Position numbers and translations under genes: made by a program
IMG/VR virus record: IMGVR_UViG_3300025304_000001
Span: 1 to 53,537 of that record
Direction: 5' to 3' (one strand)
From: a virus
Length of the DNA stretch: 53,537 nt
Shown: positions 7,308 to 15,436 of the stretch, piece after piece
Numbering within the stretch: position 1 is the first letter of the stretch
How the letters are laid out: each line of letters begins with the position of its first letter
The notes under the pieces: generated by a model
The model's database searches: none
The model's input: only the letters and a program-made list of their open reading frames with translations
What the model was told of the DNA's origin: nothing

Positions 7308-7621
7308 GACGGCACCCCCGCGAGGTTCCGGCGAAGATCCTCGTTGAAGAGGTAGCATCGCCGCTTGCTGGCATTGGAGCGATCGAGCGCGGCTCGCTCC
7401 CGGTCGATGACGGCACGGGCTTCGTCGCCCTTCCGGATGGCGGCGTGTGGTTCGTCCCGTCCACATTCCTCCGGCTGCGCCGGCAGGTTGACGCCGGCGC
7501 GCGTGGCGCCGATCGCAGCGCCCGCGTCATGGAGGCGGGCGGTTGTCGTGGCGGTACAGCCACTCAATATCAGCATCATCGAGATCGCAGCGACGCTGCG
7601 CCTGGTCGAGCCGTATGGCAT
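7304..7621 (-). CDS. o-spanin (outer-membrane lipoprotein, Rz1-like)
   Basis: Signal peptide with the lipobox LILSGC (MPYGSTRRSVAAISMMLILSGC). The gene overlaps the 3' end of the i-spanin gene by 95 nt in another frame. Confidence 0.7.
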   Translation of the reverse strand: MPYGSTRRSVAAISMMLILSGCTATTTARLHDAGAAIGATRAGVNLPAQPEECGRDEPHAAIRKGDEARAVIDRERAALDRSNASKRRCYLFNEDLRRNLAGVPS

Positions 7622-8033
7622 AATCGAGCCTTTCTTTTTCACGCTGGGTTTCCGTCTCGGCCGCATGCATCCGTGCCGCATCGGCTCGCTTCCGATAGTC
7701 CTCTAGAGCGCGCGCGCCGGCATCCCGCTGGCGCTGCATCTCATCGAGGCGAGTTTTGACCGCTTCGAATTCGACCTTGGAAACGAGGTCGGCGGTGGCC
7801 TCGGTCACCGCCTGGTCGATGCGCAGCTGAAGATGCCCGACCGCGAGCGGGCCGAGGACCGGCAAGCTGCTGACATTGACGTCGCCATAGAAGGGGAGGG
7901 CGACGGACGCCCGATCGTTCAGGAAAGGGATGCCCAGCCAGTAGACTGAGGAGACAACGCCAACGATCGCCGCACCCGCGAGTACGGACAGGATGTCTCG
8001 AAGAGTTGAGAAGATAGGAGACGTCGCAATCAT
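7527..8033 (-). CDS. i-spanin (Rz-like)
   Basis: N-terminal TM segment followed by a long charged coiled coil (EFEAVKTRLDEMQRQRDAGARALEDYRKRADAAR). ATGA overlap with the holin stop. Confidence 0.7.
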   Translation of the reverse strand: MIATSPIFSTLRDILSVLAGAAIVGVVSSVYWLGIPFLNDRASVALPFYGDVNVSSLPVLGPLAVGHLQLRIDQAVTEATADLVSKVEFEAVKTRLDEMQRQRDAGARALEDYRKRADAARMHAAETETQREKERLDYAIRLDQAQRRCDLDDADIEWLYRHDNRPPP

Positions 8034-8347
8034 CCGCGCTCATCCTTTACCGATTGATCTTGAAGGGGTTCGCCCCCGACCGCGACGGGCGGCGAGGCGT
8101 AGGGGAGGCCGGTGCGGGTGGCGAGGATCGCGGCGATATCCTGTGCTGTGGCAAAGCCGGTATAGAAAAACACCAGCGAAATGATCATGACGATCCAGCC
8201 CCAGGCGATGGTCTGGTTGACCATCGTGTCCGGGGCGTTCTCCATTGCCATCAGCCGCCAGCAGGCGAACATGATCAGCGGGAAGATCGCGGCCCGTCGC
8301 CACGACCATCCAGGCTCGCCGCTACGCTTTACGTCCGGCCGGCGCAT
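8030..8347 (-). CDS. Putative holin
   Basis: The protein is 105 aa with two TM segments and a charged C-terminus. The gene lies between the endolysin and spanin genes. Confidence 0.6.
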   Translation of the reverse strand: MRRPDVKRSGEPGWSWRRAAIFPLIMFACWRLMAMENAPDTMVNQTIAWGWIVMIISLVFFYTGFATAQDIAAILATRTGLPYASPPVAVGGEPLQDQSVKDERG

Positions 8348-8871
8348 TACATTCGGGCCTTAACGTCCCGGCGCATCTTGTCGCCGCAGGCCTTCGCCCC
8401 GACAACGCTCGGGTCGAAGGCAAGCCGGGTGAAGTCCCACTTGCCCGCCTGCTGAATGCCGAGGTTAGGCTGAACCTCGGCATGGCTCAGGATCGTCTTG
8501 TCCGTGACTGGGATGTTGTAGAACGTGGCGAGCGCCGCGATCACATCCATGGCCCGCGCCCATTGAATTTCAGTCATCGGGAACTTGCCCGGATTGAACG
8601 GACTTTCGATCGCGCCCGCCATGCAGGCGAGCGAGACGCCGATCGCCCCTGTGTTGCAGCCGCGAGTATGTGCCGCATAGTCGTCGTCGGCAGTGCTGAC
8701 ATTATCGGCGATATCGTGATCGCCCTTCACGACATTACCCGTTCCTTCGATGATGAAGTGGTAGTGTTCCTTGTCGAGATCCGAAGCGTGATAGGCGCCG
8801 GCGCTCCAGTGAGCGACAATCCGAGTCATGCGGACAGGCTGAAGCCATGCCGGATTGAGGGCATAAGTCAT
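8347..8871 (-). CDS. Endolysin, an N-acetylmuramoyl-L-alanine amidase (Amidase_2/PGRP fold)
   Basis: Segments seen: IVAHWSAG...HYHFII...AHTRGCNTGAIGVSLACMAG...LSHAEV, which resemble a T7-lysozyme-type amidase. Confidence 0.8.
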   Translation of the reverse strand: MTYALNPAWLQPVRMTRIVAHWSAGAYHASDLDKEHYHFIIEGTGNVVKGDHDIADNVSTADDDYAAHTRGCNTGAIGVSLACMAGAIESPFNPGKFPMTEIQWARAMDVIAALATFYNIPVTDKTILSHAEVQPNLGIQQAGKWDFTRLAFDPSVVGAKACGDKMRRDVKARM

Positions 8872-8968
8872 AGTTCTTCTCCATTTGAGGATGCGCCCGT
8901 GGTTCGGGCATTGAGGATCGTCGTGAATTCCGCCAACTGGCGAATGAGACGCGCCGGCGGGCCGAAAC

Positions 8969-9808
8969 CTAGCCGAGAGGAAGGTTGGCCGGCTTCGGAT
9001 CTTTCCCGTCGAGGATGATGACCTCCCCGACGTCTTTCCCGGTTCCGCCCCTGACCGTGTAGGTGAGGCCGACCGATATCATAGGGAATGCCGAGAACAC
9101 CTCGCGGACGCCGGGGCAGTCGTTGAGCGAAATGATGAAACGGCCCTTGATTGTGGCGAGCCGTTCGGCCATGGCGCCGAAGGTCTCCCGCGAGAAGGCG
9201 TCTTTCCCGTAATCCCCCTCGTTTCCGTAGTAAGGCGGATCGAGATAGAAGAGGGTTTCGGGCCGGTCATACCGCCCGATGAAATCCGACCAGTCGAGGT
9301 TTTCGATCACCACGCCCGTCAGGCGCTCGTGTACTTCCTCAAGGATGATGCCAAGGCGGGCGAGATTGAACCGGGCAGAACCCGTCGTGTCGACGCCGAA
9401 GCTGCGGCCGACGATCTTGCCGCCGAAAGCCAGCCGCTGGAGGTACAGGAACCGTGCGGCCCTTTCGAGATCCGTAAGGGTGGAAGGGTCGGTTGCAGCT
9501 AGGCGTTCAAACTCCCGCCGGGACGTGAGCTGGAACTTCATTACCTCCATGAACTGGGGATAGTGCCGCTGCAATATCCGAAAGAGCGTGGCGACGTCAC
9601 CGGAACGATCGTTGATCACCTCGCTCTTTGGAACGAGGCTCCGACGAAAGAAGACGCCGCCCATTCCAACGAAGGGCTCCGCATAAATGCTATGCGGGAT
9701 CTGCTCAAGGATGGACGCAACGCGCTGGGCGAGCTGCTTCTTACCACCGAGGTAAGCCGCAGGCGGGGACACCGGCCGAACGGCGGTGAAATGAAAAAAG
9801 TCATGCAT
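8969..9808 (-). CDS. dam: DNA adenine methyltransferase (D12 class, Dam-like)
   Basis: Motif I (EPFVGMGGVFF) and motif IV (YLDPPYY), at the typical length of about 280 aa. Confidence 0.85.
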   Translation of the reverse strand: MHDFFHFTAVRPVSPPAAYLGGKKQLAQRVASILEQIPHSIYAEPFVGMGGVFFRRSLVPKSEVINDRSGDVATLFRILQRHYPQFMEVMKFQLTSRREFERLAATDPSTLTDLERAARFLYLQRLAFGGKIVGRSFGVDTTGSARFNLARLGIILEEVHERLTGVVIENLDWSDFIGRYDRPETLFYLDPPYYGNEGDYGKDAFSRETFGAMAERLATIKGRFIISLNDCPGVREVFSAFPMISVGLTYTVRGGTGKDVGEVIILDGKDPKPANLPLG

Positions 9809-9842
9809 TGTGAAGGCTCGGAATTTCTGCCAAACCCTTGCC

Positions 9843-9986
9843 GCCCGTAAGGGCCTCGGGTGTGGCGATTATCCGACAGGATTACCAGGCGGGATGCGAC
9901 GCCAATCAACGCCCGCCGTTGCAGCCGTAAGGCTGCAGCCACCCGAAGCCGAGGGGCCATAGGGCCGGGAGGGAAACCTCCCGGCC
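9843..9986 (+). other. Cluster of three GC-rich hairpins, each with a GNRA tetraloop when read on the plus strand. Candidate structured RNA or processing/termination element.
   Basis: GCCC-GTAA-GGGC at 9843-9854; TGCAGCC-GTAA-GGCTGCA at 9920-9937; GGCCGGGAGG-GAAA-CCTCCCGGCC at 9963-9986; and a GGCGGG/CCCGCC helix at 9888-9917. They lie in a 214-bp gap between gpD and dam. Confidence 0.3.
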
Positions 9987-10022
9987 AACCTGCTGTTCCG
10001 ACCTGGTCTGAACGACCATCGG

Positions 10023-11189
10023 TCAGTTTTCGTCGGTCCGCCCGAAGCGGCGATTATAGTCGGCGAAACTGTCGGCACGGCCGCCGGCCGCTGCGGCATT
10101 GCCGCTGGACGATCCACCCTGTCCGCCGGCCGCCGAGCCCGTCTTGTCCGTCGACGGCTTGCGCTCGTCCTTCCCGGCCCCTCCGGAAGGCTGCTTCAGT
10201 TCCAGTTGGGTTGTCGATCCGCCGGACCGGTCCGCCTGATGATTGACGCCGCTGATCCGGTACATGCCATCGACACCGGGCCGGGCGCCGGTGAGGACAA
10301 AGGTACCCTCGGCCTGCGCCGTGACTTCGAGGTCGAGCGTCACCGACCCTTGTCCGCCTTCGCGCTCACTATTGGCCTTGCGACCTTCGGCGACGGCCTT
10401 GGCCTGCTCCTCATCCGCGACCGTTGTGCGAACCTCGTCGGTGGCGTCGGCATCGACGCCGGTTTCGATCTCGATTTCTTTGAAGCTGGCGGAGGGCCGA
10501 TCGAAATACCGTACCTTTGACTTGGCGAATTTCTCGCGGCCGGCCGTGGGTGCGATATCCCAGTTGATGACATTACCGGTCAGCTCGCCCGGAGGCGGGG
10601 CGATGCCGATGACAGTCGGCAAGGCTTGTCCGGTGGCACTCAGGCCCTGCCCACGCTTGGCAAGGACTGCCTGGTCACCGCGGATCTTGAACGTGCCGCC
10701 CAGCTCCCGAGCCATCTTCTGTCCAAGATGGAGGAAGCTTTCGGAGGTCGCCGACCAGTAGTCCCGCGTGATGTTCGCGAAACTCGGATCGATGACGATG
10801 CCCTTGAGCCCGGCGTTCTTCGCGGCCGTGTCGAGGAACTGCTGAAGCGTCCCGTCATCCATATGATGGGACTGGGGTTCCTTCGCCTTCCCCTTGGCAT
10901 CGAAGCCTTTTGCCGAGACGGACAGCGTCCGGCCGCTCCCGCGTGCGCCTCTGGACCGGACGCTGTCCACCTTGCCGGTAAACGCCGAAATCCCCTGCAG
11001 GTAAACCTGCACGGCCGCCCCTTCCGCCGGCAGCTTAACCTGACCTCCGCTGTCGTCGAATTCGAGGTTACAGGTGTCACTTGCCGAACCGTCCTTGTCC
11101 GAGATCGAGATCTTCATCAGGTAGGGCCGCATGGCGGACGTCAGGTCCACCCCGTCGACGATCACTTTCCATTCGACTGTCCAAGGCAT
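10023..11189 (-). CDS. P2 gpD-like tail protein (late control D family)
   Basis: The N-terminus (KVIVDGVDLT...YLMKISISDKDGSASDTCNLEFDD) and the position after gpU/gpX match gpD. Confidence 0.8.
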   Translation of the reverse strand: MPWTVEWKVIVDGVDLTSAMRPYLMKISISDKDGSASDTCNLEFDDSGGQVKLPAEGAAVQVYLQGISAFTGKVDSVRSRGARGSGRTLSVSAKGFDAKGKAKEPQSHHMDDGTLQQFLDTAAKNAGLKGIVIDPSFANITRDYWSATSESFLHLGQKMARELGGTFKIRGDQAVLAKRGQGLSATGQALPTVIGIAPPPGELTGNVINWDIAPTAGREKFAKSKVRYFDRPSASFKEIEIETGVDADATDEVRTTVADEEQAKAVAEGRKANSEREGGQGSVTLDLEVTAQAEGTFVLTGARPGVDGMYRISGVNHQADRSGGSTTQLELKQPSGGAGKDERKPSTDKTGSAAGGQGGSSSGNAAAAGGRADSFADYNRRFGRTDEN

Positions 11190-11194
11190 GACGA

Positions 11195-11422
11195 TCAGTT
11201 TCCGAAAAGTGAGACGACGGGCTTGAATACGGAGGCGGCCGGCGCGGGCCTGTCTGGGATGGTCAGCACCGTACCGAGTGGCAGAAAGGCTGCGACGCTC
11301 GACAGCCCCGGATTTTTAGCGAGCGTCTCCTCGAGGAGTGTCCGCCCCTCCACGCCGTAGGCTTGGTGAAGAAGCAGCTCGACCGTCATCCCCTCGCGGG
11401 CGATCTTGAACGTTTGTGGCAT
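11195..11422 (-). CDS. P2 gpX-like tail protein
   Basis: The protein is 75 aa with a LysM-like segment (LLHQAYG...NPGLSSVAAFLPLGTVLTIP). The gene lies between the U and D genes. Confidence 0.75.
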   Translation of the reverse strand: MPQTFKIAREGMTVELLLHQAYGVEGRTLLEETLAKNPGLSSVAAFLPLGTVLTIPDRPAPAASVFKPVVSLFGN

Positions 11423-11426
11423 TGCT

Positions 11427-11861
11427 CTACTCCATGAGGCCGAAGAGAGAGAGGATTGTGCCGATCACCGATGGCGAGGCGCCGACCGGACTGACCTTGG
11501 TCAGCTCGATCGAATGCCGGATGAAGAAACCGACGCCATCCCGCATCAGGTCTTTGTGCCCTTCCGACATCTTGTCGATCGTGAACCAACCGAGGCGGGC
11601 GCCGTCGCCACGAAGCACCGGGAGCGGACGCCCGGCAAGCATCAGGCTCTTTGCCAGCTCCAGTTCGGAAAGGCCGCCGGTCCTGAAGGGCAGGAGCTGG
11701 CCGGACAGCACCAACTTTTCTTCACCCTCACCCATGAATTCGCGGGCGACCTTCCCGCCGACGATAGGCTTGTCGGCAAAGTCGACCGACATTGTCCGTT
11801 GGACCTCGTCGACGTTGAAAGGACGCGTGTCGAGTTTCAGGGCACCGATCAGATAAAGCAT
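11427..11861 (-). CDS. P2 gpU-like tail protein
   Basis: The protein is 144 aa with the segment GALKLDTRPFNVDEV...GEGEEKLVLSG. The gene lies immediately after the tape measure gene. Confidence 0.75.
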   Translation of the reverse strand: MLYLIGALKLDTRPFNVDEVQRTMSVDFADKPIVGGKVAREFMGEGEEKLVLSGQLLPFRTGGLSELELAKSLMLAGRPLPVLRGDGARLGWFTIDKMSEGHKDLMRDGVGFFIRHSIELTKVSPVGASPSVIGTILSLFGLME

Positions 11862-14050
11862 CAGGCAACTCCATAACCGGTATCGGCATAGATGCCGGCG
11901 ACTTCCTCACGAAGGCGCTGGCCAACGATGCCCGATACCTTGCTTGCCAGTTCTTCGGGATTGGTGACCCCGGTCACCTGCATGGTCACCGACAGGCTGA
12001 TATTAGGCGCCGGGCGAGGATTAAGGACATTGACGTCCTGAGTCCCGCGAGGCTGCGTCAGGGCGTCGATGCTGCCAGCATCGATCGCGATCGGGCGAAC
12101 GATACCGAGATCGTCGGCCGTTTTGCCGGGGAGGGTGTCGGTCGTGTTGCCGCCGATCCCAGCCGCCCTGGCCGCCCGCGCATTCTCAAGGGCCATCAGA
12201 GCGGTGACCGATGGCGCGGGAGAGACGTCGGCCTCAGAAAGCTTGCCCAGTCCCTCTTTCAACCAATGCAGGGCGTCGGTTGGGCTCGGGAGCAAGGATT
12301 TCCCTTGAGCGTACGGGGTTTCCCCAGTGACGACTTCCTTCCCGGCGGTGTAGGCACCGCCGGCGGCGGCGCCGAACGCGCTCAGCCTCGCAAGACCGAG
12401 GAGACGCGTGAGCAAACCCGTCCCGGCCGCCGTGGTTGCCGCCCCAGCAGCGCCGCCCGCTGCTCTGGCCCCACTTGCCGCCGCACCACCAGCAGCGGCA
12501 CCACCACCGACAATCCCCGCAATGCTGCTGACGGCTTTGAACGCCGCAAGGATCGTCGATGCGCCTGAGAGCAACATCAGGGCCGACGCCAAATTTCTTA
12601 CCGTCCCCGCGAGGAAGGCGATCCCCGCACCCCAGGCCAGAATTTGCAAGCCGTAGGGGGCGATATCCGCAAAGAACTGCACGATCGGGTTATCTTTCAA
12701 CGCAGCACTCAGCTCTCGGATCGATGCGCCCCAATCCTTTGCCTGCATGAAGATCCGGCCGAGCTGGTCCCCAGCGTTAGCATCGATCTTTCCGAACAAC
12801 AGGTCGCCAAGATCCTCGATGATCTCGCGGATGCCTCCGTACCCAAGGCCCTGGGCAAAGCCTTTGATCGCAACTTCCATTTCGTCGAAGATTGAAACGC
12901 GCGAGTCGAGTGTGTCGAGCACGTATCCCATGCCCAGCGCGGCTTCCTTGATCGCCGGAAGCATCTGGTCGCCCATCTGCCAGAACCGGTTGGCGATCTT
13001 GTTCTGGATCAGCTCCAGCGCATTGGCCGTGGTATCGGCCCGCTGCACATATTCCTTGAATGCGGAACCGGAATATTTCGTTCGGTCGCTGACGCTGTCG
13101 AGCGCCTGCCCCAGTAGGTCCATGTTGCCGATCAGCGGGGCGAAAGCCTTCGCCTCGTCACCGAAGAAATCCGAGAGGAGGGCGAGATGCCGATCCTTGG
13201 GTGTCTTGGCGATTGCCGTCAGGACCTTGCGCAACGCCTTGGGGGCGTCCTTCTGCATATCCTTGGCAATCTGTGGAAGATCGAGGCCGAGGGCCTTGGC
13301 AACTTCGCGCTGGCTTTTGTCAGCGGAGGCGCCTCGCGTCAGGGCCTTTACGACGTTCTGCATCGCCGTGCCGGCGGTCTCGGCTTCGGCGCCGGCGGCG
13401 ATCATGGCGCTACCGATACCGGCGATCTGTTCCTTGGTGAAACCGCCCATTTCGGCGAGCGCGCCGACCCGCAGCATATAGGCGGTGATGTCCTTGGCCT
13501 TGGAGGCCATGTTATTGGACAGGTGATTGATGGCATCGGCCATGTCGCCCGTCTCGGCAACCGTCAGCCCGAGCTGCGTCTTGAGTTTCGCCAAGCTTTC
13601 ACCGGCGTCGCCGGCGGACATATCGAAGGCGATGCCGACGCGGGCCGCCATCTGCGCAAAGTCCTTCAGATCCGCCGTGGCAATGCCGGATTCCCCGGCA
13701 GCCGCGAACAGCGCCGCGATGTCGTTGGCTGCGATCGGCAACTCGTTCGACATCTGGCGAATGGTCTGGCGCAGATTTGCGAATTGCTCGTCGTTTGCGT
13801 CAACGACTTTGCGCACGTCCGCAAACGCGGACTCGAAGCTCATCGCCGCGCCGGCCGTAGCCTTGATACCCTCGGAGACGCCGAGATAGGTACCGCCGAA
13901 GGCGAGCACCTGTCCAGCAAGCGATCGAAGCGGAGCCGTGAATGATGCCGCCTGCCGCTCAATACCACCGAGGGCATTGACGATACCGTGCGCACGGCTG
14001 GTCACTTGGTCCAGCAGAGTGATTTTCAGCCGGCTTTCATGTGTAGTCAT
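11861..14050 (-). CDS. Tail tape measure protein
   Basis: The protein is 729 aa, Ala/Gly-rich and helical, with a hydrophobic glycine zipper region. The gene lies after the chaperone genes. Confidence 0.9.
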   Translation of the reverse strand: MTTHESRLKITLLDQVTSRAHGIVNALGGIERQAASFTAPLRSLAGQVLAFGGTYLGVSEGIKATAGAAMSFESAFADVRKVVDANDEQFANLRQTIRQMSNELPIAANDIAALFAAAGESGIATADLKDFAQMAARVGIAFDMSAGDAGESLAKLKTQLGLTVAETGDMADAINHLSNNMASKAKDITAYMLRVGALAEMGGFTKEQIAGIGSAMIAAGAEAETAGTAMQNVVKALTRGASADKSQREVAKALGLDLPQIAKDMQKDAPKALRKVLTAIAKTPKDRHLALLSDFFGDEAKAFAPLIGNMDLLGQALDSVSDRTKYSGSAFKEYVQRADTTANALELIQNKIANRFWQMGDQMLPAIKEAALGMGYVLDTLDSRVSIFDEMEVAIKGFAQGLGYGGIREIIEDLGDLLFGKIDANAGDQLGRIFMQAKDWGASIRELSAALKDNPIVQFFADIAPYGLQILAWGAGIAFLAGTVRNLASALMLLSGASTILAAFKAVSSIAGIVGGGAAAGGAAASGARAAGGAAGAATTAAGTGLLTRLLGLARLSAFGAAAGGAYTAGKEVVTGETPYAQGKSLLPSPTDALHWLKEGLGKLSEADVSPAPSVTALMALENARAARAAGIGGNTTDTLPGKTADDLGIVRPIAIDAGSIDALTQPRGTQDVNVLNPRPAPNISLSVTMQVTGVTNPEELASKVSGIVGQRLREEVAGIYADTGYGVA

Positions 14051-14456
14051 TGCCGCGTCCCTTTGGGCTTCTCAAACATTTTCTGAGCGCGATTGAAGCA
14101 CTGGAGGAGGCGGGCAGGGGGCCAGCGCCAGATCATATCCAGCGGCGTGTTCGTCCAGTGCGCGACGTAGATCGATATGCCGAGCCAGTCGGTTTCTAGA
14201 TTTCGTTTCCCACCAGGGTCCCGACTTTTTTCATAATATTCTTCAGGTCCCGTGCCTTGACCTTGCGGAACACCGGGAACGGAACGCCTGAAGCCGCAGC
14301 CAGGACCATCGCGATACGCTCCATCTCAGTCGTGCAGGCAGCGGCGTCGATCAGGTCGCCGACTTCCGCTTCGCGAAAGGTAAGCGTGGTGATCGTCTTG
14401 TCTCCGTCCTGAATAGGGGAGAGCAGGGGAACGGACACGGTCTCGGTCATTTGCAT
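14047..14456 (-). CDS. gpE+E'-like chaperone made by a programmed -1 frameshift
   Basis: The slip site is ATG-AAA-AAA-G (T-run at 14226-14231 on the plus strand). The -1 frame then reads KKSRDPGGKRNLETDWLGISIYVAHWTNTPLDMIWRWPPARLLQCFNRAQKMFEKPKGTRQ*. Its TGA overlaps the tape-measure ATG (ATGA). Confidence 0.65.
14196..14456 (-). CDS. Tail assembly chaperone (gpE-like), zero-frame product
   Basis: AAAGGAAAA lies before the ATG at 14456. The small acidic protein lies between the tube and tape measure genes. Confidence 0.75.
   Translation of the reverse strand: MQMTETVSVPLLSPIQDGDKTITTLTFREAEVGDLIDAAACTTEMERIAMVLAAASGVPFPVFRKVKARDLKNIMKKVGTLVGNEI
14226..14231 (-). promoter_or_regulatory. A6 slippery run for the chaperone frameshift
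   Basis: GAAAAAAG on the coding strand, 30 nt before the zero-frame stop. Confidence 0.6.
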
Positions 14457-14591
14457 TTTTCCTTTTCTCGTGAAAGTTTGGCCGCGCACAACTTGAGGGG
14501 TAGTCGTGGCGCAAGCAGATGAAAGTCAGAGTGTGAAGAGGAAGGGCAGCGCGGCAAAAAGCTGGGGCTGCTCGGCCTCGTCGTCGCGGGA

Positions 14592-14864
14592 TTGGCCTTT
14601 TGGTTCCTCTCGCAAGGGTCGAGGACATGCGACCAGCTGAAGGACGAGGTCATTCCACTTTCGAAAGAGAACGAGAACGCCCTCCATCCGAGGATGATCG
14701 ATGTCGTGGAAATCAAGACCCTGTCATCGGCAGACGGTGAACTCCGTTGCACAGGAGTGGCGATCCTCTCGACCGCCTATAAGCAAAACATCACGTTCCA
14801 AAAGACCAAGGAATATGACAAGTGGTGGGTGAAGTATGAAGGCCTTGGCCTCCCCTTTAAATAG
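14592..14864 (+). CDS. Opposite-strand moron encoding a small hypothetical (possibly secreted or membrane-anchored) protein. The start is uncertain.
   Basis: Composition is protein-like (..VVEIKTLSSADGELRCTGVAILSTAYKQNITFQKTKEYDKWWVKYEGLGLPFK) and GC content is lower than in the flanks. The frame is open from 14523. It encodes a hydrophobic leader (KKLGLLGLVVAGLAFWFL), but only CTG (14562), TTG (14592) or ATG (14694) starts are available. Confidence 0.35.
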   Translation: MAFWFLSQGSRTCDQLKDEVIPLSKENENALHPRMIDVVEIKTLSSADGELRCTGVAILSTAYKQNITFQKTKEYDKWWVKYEGLGLPFK

Positions 14865-14887
14865 GGGAATGCCAGAGCCGCCAGTTT

Positions 14888-15412
14888 TCAGCCGCCCAGT
14901 GCGCGCCGATGATCGGCAAAACGATCGACCCCGTTGACGCGCATGATCCGCTCCCAGAAGTCAACGTAGAACAGTTCCTTGCCGTCAAGGTGGAACTCAT
15001 AATGCGTCACCTCCGCAAAGGTGTGCGTGCAGCCCTGAAACTCAGCGGGGTCGCTTTCGTCGGGTTCCCACGCGTTGATGACGCCTTCGATGATAGAACG
15101 TCCGGCGACCGGAGCCCCGCCACCGGGGCCGCGCTTCAGGTAGCTTCCAGCAAAGATCCAGCGATCGGTGTCGCCCATTCCGTTGAAAATGTCGGTGTCG
15201 ATACCCTTCGCCGAAAATTTGGGTTCGACAGCCTCGACGCGCGGCATCGAGAAATTCACGGCCATGACGCCGCCGCCCGGGTTATGCTCGCCGGTCGCGA
15301 ACGTGATGCCGGGCAAGGTCAGCGAGGCGATCGTAATGCCGCGCAGCGTGTCCGGCTGCGACACCCGCCGGACGTCGACGGCGGTCAGCAGATAAAGAGG
15401 AATTTGTGCCAT
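14888..15412 (-). CDS. Major tail tube protein (P2 FII-like)
   Basis: The protein is 174 aa with MAQIPLYLL...EHNPGGGVMAVNFSMPRVEAVEPKF. The gene follows the sheath gene. Confidence 0.85.
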   Translation of the reverse strand: MAQIPLYLLTAVDVRRVSQPDTLRGITIASLTLPGITFATGEHNPGGGVMAVNFSMPRVEAVEPKFSAKGIDTDIFNGMGDTDRWIFAGSYLKRGPGGGAPVAGRSIIEGVINAWEPDESDPAEFQGCTHTFAEVTHYEFHLDGKELFYVDFWERIMRVNGVDRFADHRRALGG

Positions 15413-15436
15413 GGAAATGATCCCTTCCGGTCTGGC

